This document shows, one piece after another, positions 28,429 to 38,802 of a DNA stretch of 64,000 nucleotides. Source of the stretch: Candidatus Caccoplasma sp. (GTDB taxonomy: Bacteria > Bacteroidota > Bacteroidia > Bacteroidales > G3-4614). The translations under genes were made by a program, and so were the position numbers. Location of the stretch: contig JAZNCN010000012.1 in assembly GCA_045587545.1 (NCBI GenBank), positions 17,159 through 81,158 of the forward strand, given 5' to 3'. The notes under the pieces are model-generated. The model was not told the DNA's origin, ran no database searches, and saw nothing but the letters and a program-made list of their open reading frames with translations. Within the stretch, counting starts at the first letter, position 1; each line of letters starts with the position of its first letter.

Positions 28429-28974
28429 ATGAAAAAGGTATTAGTGACATTAGTATTGTGTGTAATTGCTCTTACGGCAAAAGCTCAAGCAAATGAGATG
28501 TCAGCAAGTGCACAATTTATTTTAGGAGCAGGTCAGGGAATAGCAAATCCTGGTCTTGGAGTTAAGTTTTCTTACGGAATAACAGATCCTTGGAGAGTTG
28601 CAGCATCATTTGATTATGGTTTTAAAACAGGGAAGGATATAAGTTCTTGGGATTTAAACTTTGATGCACATTATCAATTCTATTTTGGCAAAGGATTTAG
28701 GGTTTATCCATTGGCGGGATTAACATTCTTGAACTATACATGGAAAATGGATAAAACTATGTATAACATATATAAAGCTATGGCAATTGAAGAGGGAGAA
28801 AAGGTGCCTGATCGTCCCAAAGATAAAACTTTTTGTGTTGGTATGAATCTTGGAGGAGGTTTTCAATACGATATTAACGATCAGTGGGCTGTTTACTCAG
28901 AGATAAAAGGACAATTGGTTAGTAAAGATGGGTCTCGTTTTGTGTGGAGCGTAGGAGGATCATATAAATTTTAG
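28429..28974 (+). CDS. Small outer-membrane beta-barrel (porin family) protein
   Basis: Signal peptide, alternating beta strands, C-terminal YKF. Confidence 0.85.
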   Translation: MKKVLVTLVLCVIALTAKAQANEMSASAQFILGAGQGIANPGLGVKFSYGITDPWRVAASFDYGFKTGKDISSWDLNFDAHYQFYFGKGFRVYPLAGLTFLNYTWKMDKTMYNIYKAMAIEEGEKVPDRPKDKTFCVGMNLGGGFQYDINDQWAVYSEIKGQLVSKDGSRFVWSVGGSYKF

Positions 28975-28999
28975 AGTTAGTTCTGAACTTTGTAATAAT

Positions 29000-29041
29000 A
29001 AAAAAATAAGAATGGGGATCGTTCCTCATTCTTATTTTTTA
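29000..29041. terminator. Bidirectional terminator
   Basis: aaaaaataagaatgggga-tcgt-tcctcattcttatttttt. Confidence 0.85.
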
Positions 29042-29047
29042 TAATTG

Positions 29048-30307
29048 TTATCCAAGAACTAATGTCGATAAATTTTTTTTATTGTAAACTCTGTTTGCGC
29101 ATTCTAAAATATCTTTTGATGTGATACGCTCTATACGCTCAATGCTATCGTTAATAGAGCGACACTTGTTATGTCGTAACAAACTTTTACCGGCGGAAAT
29201 TGCAAGGTTTTCTCTGTTTTCTCTGCTAATTGTTAGTTGCCCTATATATTGACGTTTTGCATTTATTAATTTTGAAGATGACAACTCTTTATTGCAAAGC
29301 AGGGATAGCTGTTTGTTGATAATATCAAAGCATCTCTCAATATTCTTCTTATCAGTGCCAAAATATATTGTAAATAGCCCTGTGTCAGAGTAGTTTGTTA
29401 TGTTTGATTCTACGCTATAAACATACCCTTTCTTTTCGCGAAGGGCTATATTCAGCATACTATTCATTCCGGGACCTCCAAGAATATTGTTTAGTAGGAA
29501 TAAGTTGAATCTCTCTTTATCAAATAGGTTATGACATAATCCTCCAATTATAGCATGTGATTGGTAGTTGTCGCACTCTTTATGTGTGTTGAAACATGAA
29601 TATTTTACATCTGAGTTTCTTGATAGTTTGGGTTTATTGTTTCTAAATCCAATTGTCGCATTTTCAATAATGGATATTACCTTCTCAAATTTGGTTTTCC
29701 CTGTAAAAAAGAAAACCATATTTTCAGAAGTGTAAAACTCTTTTATAAAATCTCTGCCTTTTTGAGGCGTTATTCTTTCAAGAGAAGCTATATCGCCCAA
29801 TATGTTGTGTCCAAGAGGGTGGTTGTCAAAGATGAGGTTTTCAAACTCATCATATATATATTCAGCGGGGTTGTCAAGATATGAGTTTATTTCATCAATA
29901 ATAACCTCTTTCTCCTTTACGCTCTCTGAATCGGGTAAGTTGGAGTTTTGTATAATATCGCACATAAGAGAAACAGCACGTTTGAGATAAGGCTCAAGGT
30001 TTACAGTATATATGACTGTCTCTTCTTTGCTGGTAAAAGCATTTAACTCTCCTCCAACACTCTCCATGCAATTTAGAATATGTGATGCTTTATGATTAGT
30101 AGTGCCTTTAAAAAGCATATGCTCAACATAATGAGCTATACCCTCTTCTCCTTCAACTTCATCACGGGTCCCGGCATCAATAACAAATCCACAATACGAC
30201 ACATCAGAGTTTGCATATCTATAAACCACATTTAGTCCTGATGCTAAAGTGCACCATGTGTAATCGCTATTTGATGCAAAATTTAGGTATGAAGTTCTCG
30301 CATTCAT
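29048..30307 (-). CDS. M16 family (insulinase-like) zinc peptidase
   Basis: GIAHYVEHMLFKGT (HxxEH), GGELNAFTSKEET, LREKKGYVY. Confidence 0.93.
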   Translation of the reverse strand: MNARTSYLNFASNSDYTWCTLASGLNVVYRYANSDVSYCGFVIDAGTRDEVEGEEGIAHYVEHMLFKGTTNHKASHILNCMESVGGELNAFTSKEETVIYTVNLEPYLKRAVSLMCDIIQNSNLPDSESVKEKEVIIDEINSYLDNPAEYIYDEFENLIFDNHPLGHNILGDIASLERITPQKGRDFIKEFYTSENMVFFFTGKTKFEKVISIIENATIGFRNNKPKLSRNSDVKYSCFNTHKECDNYQSHAIIGGLCHNLFDKERFNLFLLNNILGGPGMNSMLNIALREKKGYVYSVESNITNYSDTGLFTIYFGTDKKNIERCFDIINKQLSLLCNKELSSSKLINAKRQYIGQLTISRENRENLAISAGKSLLRHNKCRSINDSIERIERITSKDILECANRVYNKKNLSTLVLG

Positions 30308-30503
30308 TTTATAAAATAAATTATTTGTGCGAAGTTACACCTCTTTCTGTTAATAAAGCAAATTTTGCTCTATAATTTCAAATTTTTATACCTGTTTCAT
30401 CTTAGAATGTAACAAAATAGTATAAAAATGCAAAATGTATATTTTTTATATGTAAAATCTTATAAAATGCTATTTGAAACAGCTATAATTTAAATAATTA
30501 TGC

Positions 30504-30511
30504 TATCTTTG
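30504..30511 (+). promoter_or_regulatory. -7 promoter box for the TonB-receptor operon
   Basis: TATCTTTG ~45 nt upstream of the ATG. Confidence 0.55.
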
Positions 30512-30555
30512 CCATAATTTACAAATTAGAATAATCACATTAATGATAAAGATAT

Positions 30556-33489
30556 ATGCTTGGGAATTATAGTAAGTATATTGTGTCGTTGATTAAGAGT
30601 ATATTTGTTGTTACTCTTTTGATAGTTTTTGCTACACCCGTAAAAGCTCAATCGCAAAAGGGATTTGTGCTATCGGGAAAGATTATTTCGTCAGAAGGTG
30701 ATGAGCCATTAGAGATGGTGTTGGTGAAGTTGTCAACATCAGCGTGGGCTATGACAAACGAAAAAGGAGAGTTTAAGATTACGGGACTTAAGCAAGGCAC
30801 ATACAAATATGAGATTGCATATTTGGGATTTGAAGATGTTGTTGGAGAGGTAACAGTTACAAAAAATATAACAGACTTTTCAATAGTAATGCGTCCTGCA
30901 GGCTTAGGTCTTGAAGAGGTTGTTGTAACCGCCGAAGAACATAAAATGGGTTCTGCTTCAACTATTGGACAAGCCGCAATTCAACACTTACAAGCAAAGA
31001 GTGTTGAAGATATGTTACAACTACTTCCCGGTCAAATAACTAAAAACCCTGATTTAACAAATGCAGGTCAAGCATCTATCCGCGAAATTGATGCAGGAAG
31101 CAATAATAATAATGCTCTTGGAACTGCAGTTATCGTAGATGGTGCACCAATGAGTAACGATGCTAATATGCAGCTATTTTCAACGGCTCGTTCAGGATCA
31201 AATTCATCAACTGCAAGTAATACGATGAACGATCAGTCAACAAGTGGAAGAGGAGTTGACTTGCGTTCAATATCTCCCGATAATATTGAATCAATAGAGG
31301 TAATTAGGGGTATCCCTTCTGCAGAGTACGGTAACTTAACTTCAGGAGCCGTAGTAATCAAAACAAAAGTCGGAACAACACCATATGAAGCAAAAGTTAA
31401 AATTGACCCCAATTCAAAACTTGTCTATATTGGTAAAGGTTTTACTATGAAGAAAAACAGAGGAGCAATTAACTTGTCGGCTGACTATACAAAATCTTAT
31501 GAAGATACCCGAAAGAAATTTAAAGGATATGATCGTATAACTGCGAATGGAGCCTATTCAAATACCTTTATGAAGGAGACTACTCCATTGAGTTTAAACC
31601 TAAAAATGTCTTATACTCGAAACATAAGTAGTCAGAAAGCAGATGAATCAATGCACCCTGATGAACTATTAGAGAATGCAAGTCAAGGCTTCCGCTTCTC
31701 TGCAGACGGAATGTGGCGTTTGAATAAATCATGGATAAGCAACTTTAACTATTCGGCATCTTTGTCATATACAAAGCAGACCGATACATATCGCCAATAT
31801 ATAGTAGGCTCCGCAGTGCCATACGCAACTACTCGTGTGCCGGGAGAATATTCAGTAGCATTCCTTGCTCCAGAATATTTATCTCAATACACAATAAACG
31901 GAGAGCCTCTTACGGCATACGTTCAGTTAAAGGCAAATAAGATGTTTTCATTTGAAAGGGGAACTAACAATATTAAAGTCGGAGCGGACTATAATTTAAG
32001 TGCAAACTATGGCGATGGAATGTTGTTTGATAATACTACCCCTCCAAAACCGGGAGACGGACAAGGAGCGCGTCCGCGTTCGTATAAATCAATACCGTCA
32101 ATGCATACAATGTCATACTTCTTTGAAAATGCAACGGAAGTAACATTTGCAGGACAAACATTAAATCTTCAAGCGGGAGTTCGTGTGAATACTCTATTCA
32201 TTGATCAACTCGCAAAACGAGGCAATATTACAACAATAGATCCTCGTATCAACTTCTCATATCAATTCTTATCACATCAAAACAATAATGTATTTGACGA
32301 TTTATCAATAGTGGGAGGTTTTGGATTGGCTTCAAAAATGCCAACAATGTCATATCTATATCCTAACCCCGCATACTTTGACTATACAAGTTACAACTCT
32401 TATGTAGCTGATGATCCGTCAAGAACACTTGCAATTATATCATCTGATGTTATTGCCAATACAGCAAATCCCAACTTAAAACCATCAACTTCTCGTAAAT
32501 TTGAGATTGGAATTTCTGGACGTATAAATAAAGTAAGAGGAACAATTACATACTTTAACGAAAGGTACAAAAATGAGTATGGATTTACATCAGTACCTCA
32601 CTATTTAAGTTATAATAAATATTATGTACCTGAGGTGGAAAATGAGACATTAATCCCAATATATGTTGAGGGTGAAGGTGTTTATTATACTACTTCTCCC
32701 GGCGGTCCCAAAGATGCTGCAGATAAGTTTACTCAAAAAAGGGTAACTACATATTCAATGCCAAGCAATACCTCAGAAACTTTTAAACAAGGTGTTGAGT
32801 ATTCATTTAATTTAGGCGAAATTAAAGCAATAAAAACTGATGTCATTGTTGATGGAGCTTGGTATTATATAAAACGCCGTTCAACAGGAGCAAGTTATAA
32901 TTACGATGACACACCTGTTGATGTAACAACCATAGGCGGCGCAACAAAATCAGGATTTAATACCTATTTGGCTGTTATGCCTACCGGAAGTGGGTCAATA
33001 AATCAACGAGTAAATACCAATATACGTCTTGTAACACACATACCTGCAATAAAATTGGTCTTTACGACAACAGCTCAGATTGTATGGTTTGAAAGTAGCA
33101 AATATATATATGAGGACAATGATGGCAACAATCACTATTATAAAACAATTGATGAACAAGGCAATGAGGTCTATTTAGTTGATCCGTTAGGCTATTATGA
33201 TAATAATGGAAATTATACCGAATGGGATAAATCAATGACTCAAAATAAGGAGTTAAGAGACTTGCCAACCAGAACGTCAAATATGTATTATTACGATACA
33301 CAAAAATATCCGATAACATGTATGCTTAACTTTAAGATGACAAAAGAGTTTAAGAAATTTGTTGAGCTATCATTTGTGGCGAATAATTTCTTGAAACTTT
33401 CAAAATTGTATCGTCAAGATAAGCGAGGCGGTTATCGAGAGATGTATTCTCCAATATATTTTGGAGCTGAGTTAAAGATAAAGATTTAG
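30556..33489 (+). CDS. TonB-dependent receptor (non-SusC type)
   Basis: CarboxypepD-like N-terminal domain, LEEVVVTAE, plug DNIESIEVIRGIPSAEYGNLTSGAV, NPNLKP, terminal FGAELKIKI. Confidence 0.92.
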   Translation: MLGNYSKYIVSLIKSIFVVTLLIVFATPVKAQSQKGFVLSGKIISSEGDEPLEMVLVKLSTSAWAMTNEKGEFKITGLKQGTYKYEIAYLGFEDVVGEVTVTKNITDFSIVMRPAGLGLEEVVVTAEEHKMGSASTIGQAAIQHLQAKSVEDMLQLLPGQITKNPDLTNAGQASIREIDAGSNNNNALGTAVIVDGAPMSNDANMQLFSTARSGSNSSTASNTMNDQSTSGRGVDLRSISPDNIESIEVIRGIPSAEYGNLTSGAVVIKTKVGTTPYEAKVKIDPNSKLVYIGKGFTMKKNRGAINLSADYTKSYEDTRKKFKGYDRITANGAYSNTFMKETTPLSLNLKMSYTRNISSQKADESMHPDELLENASQGFRFSADGMWRLNKSWISNFNYSASLSYTKQTDTYRQYIVGSAVPYATTRVPGEYSVAFLAPEYLSQYTINGEPLTAYVQLKANKMFSFERGTNNIKVGADYNLSANYGDGMLFDNTTPPKPGDGQGARPRSYKSIPSMHTMSYFFENATEVTFAGQTLNLQAGVRVNTLFIDQLAKRGNITTIDPRINFSYQFLSHQNNNVFDDLSIVGGFGLASKMPTMSYLYPNPAYFDYTSYNSYVADDPSRTLAIISSDVIANTANPNLKPSTSRKFEIGISGRINKVRGTITYFNERYKNEYGFTSVPHYLSYNKYYVPEVENETLIPIYVEGEGVYYTTSPGGPKDAADKFTQKRVTTYSMPSNTSETFKQGVEYSFNLGEIKAIKTDVIVDGAWYYIKRRSTGASYNYDDTPVDVTTIGGATKSGFNTYLAVMPTGSGSINQRVNTNIRLVTHIPAIKLVFTTTAQIVWFESSKYIYEDNDGNNHYYKTIDEQGNEVYLVDPLGYYDNNGNYTEWDKSMTQNKELRDLPTRTSNMYYYDTQKYPITCMLNFKMTKEFKKFVELSFVANNFLKLSKLYRQDKRGGYREMYSPIYFGAELKIKI

Positions 33490-33515
33490 AATTAATTTAA
33501 TGAAAAAATAATAAT

Positions 33516-34775
33516 ATGAAGTATTCTGTTATAACATCGTTAATAATATTTACATCTCTATTATTGTTCTCTTCATGTAACAAAGAAGATATAAAAATAG
33601 CAAGATATTATTCGGTAAATATTTCGTTATTACTACCCGAAGAAGAGGCTGAATATAAAGAAAAAGTAGAGCAAACAACTATAGAAATAGTAAATCAGCA
33701 AACTTCTCACAAATATGTACTAACAGGAGAATATTATCAAGATATATGGCAAACTGAGTTGCCATCTGGAGAGTATAATATATCTGCTATTTTAAAATTA
33801 GAGGAAGATAATGATTCAGAAGAATCAATATTGTCTTTCAATGGAAAAGTAAGTAGCGTAGGAATATATTCTGATAATAAAGTTTCGTTAGCGTTGAAAT
33901 CTGTAAAACCCTCACCTATAATTTTCAAGGAGATATATTATAGTATGAGTAAAACTACCACAGGAGATCAATACACTAATGACCAATTTTATGAGATATA
34001 TAACAACTCATCAAAAACCCAATATTTAGACAATTGTATATTGGCTCGCACGCAAGGATCAGGTTCGGCTGTAATACCCTGTAGGTGGGTAGATGCAAAT
34101 GGAGAGATATTAATGGAATACCCAACAGATTCATATATTGCAGCATTTGAAGGAGATGGCTCAGGTAAAAAATATCCATTAGAGCCCGGAAAAAGTGTTG
34201 TAGTTGCATATCAGGCAAAAAATCATAGAACACAAATCAATCCGAATAGTGTTGATTTGAGTAATGCTAACTATGAGGTTAATATCTCAGACTATGTTAC
34301 AAGTTATGCAAATAATCCTGCTGTGTCAGATATGTCAATTATAACAAAGAGTGGAGATATGACAATAACATTCTGGATGTTGCCATATTCGGGAACATCA
34401 GCAATTTTGGCTAAGTTTCCTGATAATATCAATCTTAAGGAATATGCGGCTGATATGGCAAATTATAAAACAATTCCATTTCAGACTGTAAATACGACTC
34501 TTTATCTTATGGTCCCTCAAGATTATGTAATGGACGGAGTGAATATTGTGGGGGTTGACCCTGCAAAACGTCAAGTTCAGTTGAGGGCTGAAGTTGATGC
34601 AGGAATGGTAACAAACTCAGCCGTGTATAATGGAAAGAGTATCAAAAGAAAAGTGAAAAGTGTTGTAAACGGAAGAGTTGTTTATCAAGATACAAATAAC
34701 TCATCAAATGACTTCTTAACAGACCAAACTCCAACACCCGGAGTTGATGCAAACGGAAATACAATAAACAAATAG
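33516..34775 (+). CDS. Lipoprotein, DUF4876-like
   Basis: Lipobox FSSC+NKED; IIFKEIYYS...DQFYEIYNNS...YLD, LEPGKSVVVA, DLSNANYE, YQDTNNSSNDF. Confidence 0.75.
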   Translation: MKYSVITSLIIFTSLLLFSSCNKEDIKIARYYSVNISLLLPEEEAEYKEKVEQTTIEIVNQQTSHKYVLTGEYYQDIWQTELPSGEYNISAILKLEEDNDSEESILSFNGKVSSVGIYSDNKVSLALKSVKPSPIIFKEIYYSMSKTTTGDQYTNDQFYEIYNNSSKTQYLDNCILARTQGSGSAVIPCRWVDANGEILMEYPTDSYIAAFEGDGSGKKYPLEPGKSVVVAYQAKNHRTQINPNSVDLSNANYEVNISDYVTSYANNPAVSDMSIITKSGDMTITFWMLPYSGTSAILAKFPDNINLKEYAADMANYKTIPFQTVNTTLYLMVPQDYVMDGVNIVGVDPAKRQVQLRAEVDAGMVTNSAVYNGKSIKRKVKSVVNGRVVYQDTNNSSNDFLTDQTPTPGVDANGNTINK

Positions 34776-34798
34776 ATAAAGAATAATAAGATTAATAT

Positions 34799-36385
34799 AT
34801 GAAAAAAATAATTTATATATCGTTTCACATAGTTTTTATATTGATATTTGCGTCTGCGGTATGTAGTGCACAAACTATCCAAGAAAAATCTGATGAAGAT
34901 ATTTTGAAAGCTACAATGCAATATAAAGACTATATGTTTTTAAATAATGGAGCATATGGCAGTCTTAACCCAACATTTATGAGAGATTTGCCTTTGGGGC
35001 AACTTGCAACATTACAAGTAAGTTATGGCGCAGGAATGGGCGATTTTCATAAACTTGATAAATCGGGAGATGTCCGCGATTTATTGGTTGAGGTTTACGG
35101 TGTAAAAAAATTAGAGAGTGTATCGTTTGAAGGCGGAATGTCATATCGCAATGGTAAAGAAAAACAACGCCGTTGGAATTCAACTCTATATCAAGCCGAA
35201 GATAATCCGTTTATACTTGCTGATTCTGTCTTTAGTAACTATACCGTAGAGCAGTTTACTCTTGATGGTCGTTTCTCTTGGGAGCCATTAGATTTGTTGC
35301 GTTTTGGAATAAATGCCCTATATGAGGTAGGTGCAACATCTGATGAACAAGATCCTCGCTTGGAGACAAAGGGTATGAGATTTACCATAAATCCGGGTAT
35401 TGATTTTAAAGTCTCGAAACACGTAAAAATAGGAGCAACAGGAGGTGTGCGTCTATTCAACGAGAATTCAAGATATAGTACAGTTGAGACAGCTATAAAC
35501 TCTTCATTCTTTGTAATGAAAGGCTTTGGATTGTCTCTTAATAACGGAGGAACATCTTATCAAAGAGAGACAAAAGGAACGGCTTGGTTTGCGGCATTGC
35601 AGGTTTATATGAATCGTCCCGGTTATACAAACTTCTTGAATGGAGGAATTGAGCAAAACAGGGAAAAAGCTATTGATGGAGGAACAACACAACAGTTTGT
35701 AGGCGGAGAGTATAGAACCCGCAAAATATTTGTAAATGATCGTTTTTCATTTGCAAAAAACAAATATGTGCACAATATCGAAGTGTTTGGAGGGTATGAC
35801 AAAGTTGAAGGAATATGGTATGACCAAAAATATATAACAAATTCAAGTGGGCAATCATATTGGGAACCTAAACTAAAATCTATAATTTATACCCAAGATT
35901 TATGGCAAACAGCGTTGAAGTATCGATTTGACGTTTTAAATGCAGGCAATACTCCATCGTGGACTGTTTCTGCTGGTGTTAAGTATGCGAATTCAGATAT
36001 TAAGAACTATCCTGATGGATATAAACAATCATATCAGAATTTAGATGCTAATATCTCTCTTTCAAAACATTTTAGTATTAAGAAAGCAGTATTATCTCTT
36101 TCTGCCTTAGGAAATTATATGGTGAATTTGGAAACAGGCCTACTTCTTGGTGATGATATTGAATTAAAGGATAAATATACTATTCCTATGTATAACTATA
36201 TAACATCAGATTCATACTCGGTACAAGGAAGGATTGAGACTAAGATACCTGTAATATCTAAACGCTTTACATCGTATGTAGGAGCATATGTCGAGGCCTC
36301 GACACAACGCTATGTGGGAGATAATAATATGTTTAGATTGACACATTTTAATAGATTTAGTGGAGGTGTAAACTATACTTTCTAA
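34799..36385 (+). CDS. Outer-membrane beta-barrel protein (DUF6850-like)
   Basis: Signal peptide, NPFILAD, DPR motif, amphipathic strands, terminal YTF. Confidence 0.7.
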   Translation: MKKIIYISFHIVFILIFASAVCSAQTIQEKSDEDILKATMQYKDYMFLNNGAYGSLNPTFMRDLPLGQLATLQVSYGAGMGDFHKLDKSGDVRDLLVEVYGVKKLESVSFEGGMSYRNGKEKQRRWNSTLYQAEDNPFILADSVFSNYTVEQFTLDGRFSWEPLDLLRFGINALYEVGATSDEQDPRLETKGMRFTINPGIDFKVSKHVKIGATGGVRLFNENSRYSTVETAINSSFFVMKGFGLSLNNGGTSYQRETKGTAWFAALQVYMNRPGYTNFLNGGIEQNREKAIDGGTTQQFVGGEYRTRKIFVNDRFSFAKNKYVHNIEVFGGYDKVEGIWYDQKYITNSSGQSYWEPKLKSIIYTQDLWQTALKYRFDVLNAGNTPSWTVSAGVKYANSDIKNYPDGYKQSYQNLDANISLSKHFSIKKAVLSLSALGNYMVNLETGLLLGDDIELKDKYTIPMYNYITSDSYSVQGRIETKIPVISKRFTSYVGAYVEASTQRYVGDNNMFRLTHFNRFSGGVNYTF

Positions 36386-36415
36386 AATTGATAAATAGTA
36401 ATTTATGACTAAATT

Positions 36416-36451
36416 TTAGCCTAATTAGACCAATTAGTCCAATTAGGCTAA
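36416..36451. repeat. Palindromic 9-mer repeat (c[c/t]aattag) hairpin
   Basis: ttagcctaattagaccaattagtccaattaggctaa. Confidence 0.55.
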
Positions 36452-36508
36452 TTTTCTAAGAATACTAAAATATTATTAATCAGATAAATAAAAAACTAAC
36501 AATATATT

Positions 36509-38689
36509 ATGAAAAACAATTTAAGATTACTATTTATCGCGTTATTAACTTTAAACGCAGTAGCATTATCAGCTGCAGAAAAGGGTTTTGCCATTGTTAT
36601 TGATCCCATAAGCTACAAAGAGGCAAAGGACGAAGTTGATGCTTATGCACAATCGGTTGAGAAACAAGGGCTGAGAACATACATAGTTGAAGATATATGG
36701 TATAATCCAGATTCAATCAGAGCAAAAATAAAGGATTTGGCAACTCAGAAAAAAGCCCCAATTGAAGGAGCTGTTTTTATTGGAGATATTCCTGTGCCTA
36801 TGATACGCGATGCCCAACACTTTACATCAGCATTCAAGGCTAAACAGGACCCTAAAAAGATGGAGTTTACATCAGTCCCTTCTGACCGTTTTTATGACGA
36901 CTTTGATTTAGAGTTTACCTTTATAGAGCAAAGTAAAGAGAAACCTAACCAATTTTACTATTCACTATCTGCACAATCAACACAAGTATGTCAGCCAGAT
37001 ATATATTCTGCGCGTATGAAAACTTGCGATAAGGGCGATAAGACCAAATACGACCGTTTGAAAGCGTACCTTAAAAAAGTTGTTGCGCAAAAGAAGGCTC
37101 CCGAGCTACTTTCGCAGATTTTCTATTTTGCAGGACAAGGATATAATTCAGATTGTGGATTGGCTCGTGTTGATGAAAAAGGTTCATATTACGAGTTATT
37201 CCCTAATCTGTTGGGTCAACCTTGGAGTCTTACATATCAAAACCATGCAGACTATGAGTTTAGCAAATATCCATTAATGAGTCAGATGCAACGCAAAGAT
37301 TTGTCGCTGGCAGTATTACATCATCATGGCTATCCTGATACCGAGTATCTTGATGATAACCCAATACCTCAAAATGCCGAACAAAATCTTGAGGCAGTTA
37401 AATCTTTCTTCCGTGCTAAGATAAACACTGCTATCCGTAGGGGTAAAGATACTCTTGAGGCAATAAACTATTATAAGAACGGTTATGATGTTCCCGAACG
37501 TTGGTTTACTTATGATGCTATATTTGGAGAGGATATAAAGAAAAAAGACTCAATATATGCCTATCAATTAGATCTTCATCTGACAGATATTGGTAAATAT
37601 AAACCGAATGCAAGAGTGGTTATTCTTGATGCTTGCTATAATGGCGCATTTTGTCACGACGAATATATCGCAGAGGAGTATATCTTTGAAGAGGGTGACT
37701 GTGTCGTAACCATTGCTAACAGTGTAAACTCCCTACAAGATAAGTGGTGCGACCGAAATATCGGAATGTTCGGATTAGGTTTGCGAGTAGGAAACTTTAT
37801 TAAATACAATCCCTATTTTGAGTCACACATTTTTGGAGATCCGACATATACGTTCACTCCTTTTGCAAAACTAGGATTTAATGTAAACGAGGCTTTATAT
37901 AGGAGCGATAGATTTTGGACAAAACAACTAAAATCGGAGTATGCGGCAATGCAATCATTTGCTATTAATGAATTGGCGCAACGTAAGGCAATCTCTTCTG
38001 CAGATATATTGGATATTTTCAAGGCATCTCCTTATCAAACAGTGCGTTTTATGGCATTAAATATACTTGCAACATACAATGATGATAATTACATCGAGTG
38101 CTTATCTTTAGGTTTAAACGATAACTATGAATTAATTCGTCGTTTTGCATCAATACAAGCAGGTAAGTGTGGCGATTTGAGATTAATACCCTCTCTTGTG
38201 TCGTTATTCTCTAAATCATCTATTGGAAAACGTGTTGATTTTCAGTTAAATATGGCGTTAGCGCTATTCCCTTACAATGAGTTGGTAGCGGAGTTCGTGA
38301 AACAAAATCCATGTAAAGATTACTATAATGCAGAGGAAGAGACCGAGAAGATTTTAAAATCGTTTGAAAATTATTCGGACAAAACATTCGAGGGCGATGT
38401 TGAGCAAATCAGCAACCCCGAAGTTTCAGCGAAGAATAAACTCAAAATAATACGTTCGTTCCGTAACCGTCCGCTTCACCCTGCGGTTAAAGATATTATT
38501 GCTGCATTTGAGACAATAACAGAACCCGATTTGCAAATAGCATTGATAGAGACAATGGGTTGGTTTAATATGTCGTATAAAAGGGTTGAGATAGCCGATT
38601 ACTTTAAGGCCGTTTCGGAGAATGATAAGTATGATAATTCAGTTAGAAACGAGGCGTTAAAAACTTATAAGCGCTTAATGGGAATATAA
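36509..38689 (+). CDS. Exported protein with gingipain/C25-like (clan CD) peptidase motifs and C-terminal HEAT-like repeats, paralog 1
   Basis: Signal peptide; FIGDIPVP, SDRFYDD, PDIYSAR, LHHHG, VILDACYNGAF, IFGDP; helical C-terminus. Confidence 0.7.
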   Translation: MKNNLRLLFIALLTLNAVALSAAEKGFAIVIDPISYKEAKDEVDAYAQSVEKQGLRTYIVEDIWYNPDSIRAKIKDLATQKKAPIEGAVFIGDIPVPMIRDAQHFTSAFKAKQDPKKMEFTSVPSDRFYDDFDLEFTFIEQSKEKPNQFYYSLSAQSTQVCQPDIYSARMKTCDKGDKTKYDRLKAYLKKVVAQKKAPELLSQIFYFAGQGYNSDCGLARVDEKGSYYELFPNLLGQPWSLTYQNHADYEFSKYPLMSQMQRKDLSLAVLHHHGYPDTEYLDDNPIPQNAEQNLEAVKSFFRAKINTAIRRGKDTLEAINYYKNGYDVPERWFTYDAIFGEDIKKKDSIYAYQLDLHLTDIGKYKPNARVVILDACYNGAFCHDEYIAEEYIFEEGDCVVTIANSVNSLQDKWCDRNIGMFGLGLRVGNFIKYNPYFESHIFGDPTYTFTPFAKLGFNVNEALYRSDRFWTKQLKSEYAAMQSFAINELAQRKAISSADILDIFKASPYQTVRFMALNILATYNDDNYIECLSLGLNDNYELIRRFASIQAGKCGDLRLIPSLVSLFSKSSIGKRVDFQLNMALALFPYNELVAEFVKQNPCKDYYNAEEETEKILKSFENYSDKTFEGDVEQISNPEVSAKNKLKIIRSFRNRPLHPAVKDIIAAFETITEPDLQIALIETMGWFNMSYKRVEIADYFKAVSENDKYDNSVRNEALKTYKRLMGI

Positions 38690-38715
38690 ACTATAAATTA
38701 TATCAATAAAATCAT

Positions 38716-38766
38716 ATAATAGATAGCAAAGATGAAATTTTATTTTTATCTTTGTTATCTATTATT
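38716..38766. terminator. AT-rich hairpin between the paralogs
   Basis: ataatagatagcaaagat...atctttgttatctattat. Confidence 0.55.
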
Positions 38767-38802
38767 TTATAAAAGAATTTAAACCCAATTAAATAGATTA
38801 AA

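Noticed and set aside
30522-30545. Possible Fur/iron box (aattagaataatcacatt) upstream of the TonB receptor
   Set aside because: Only a half-match in very AT-rich DNA; not supportable without a motif model.
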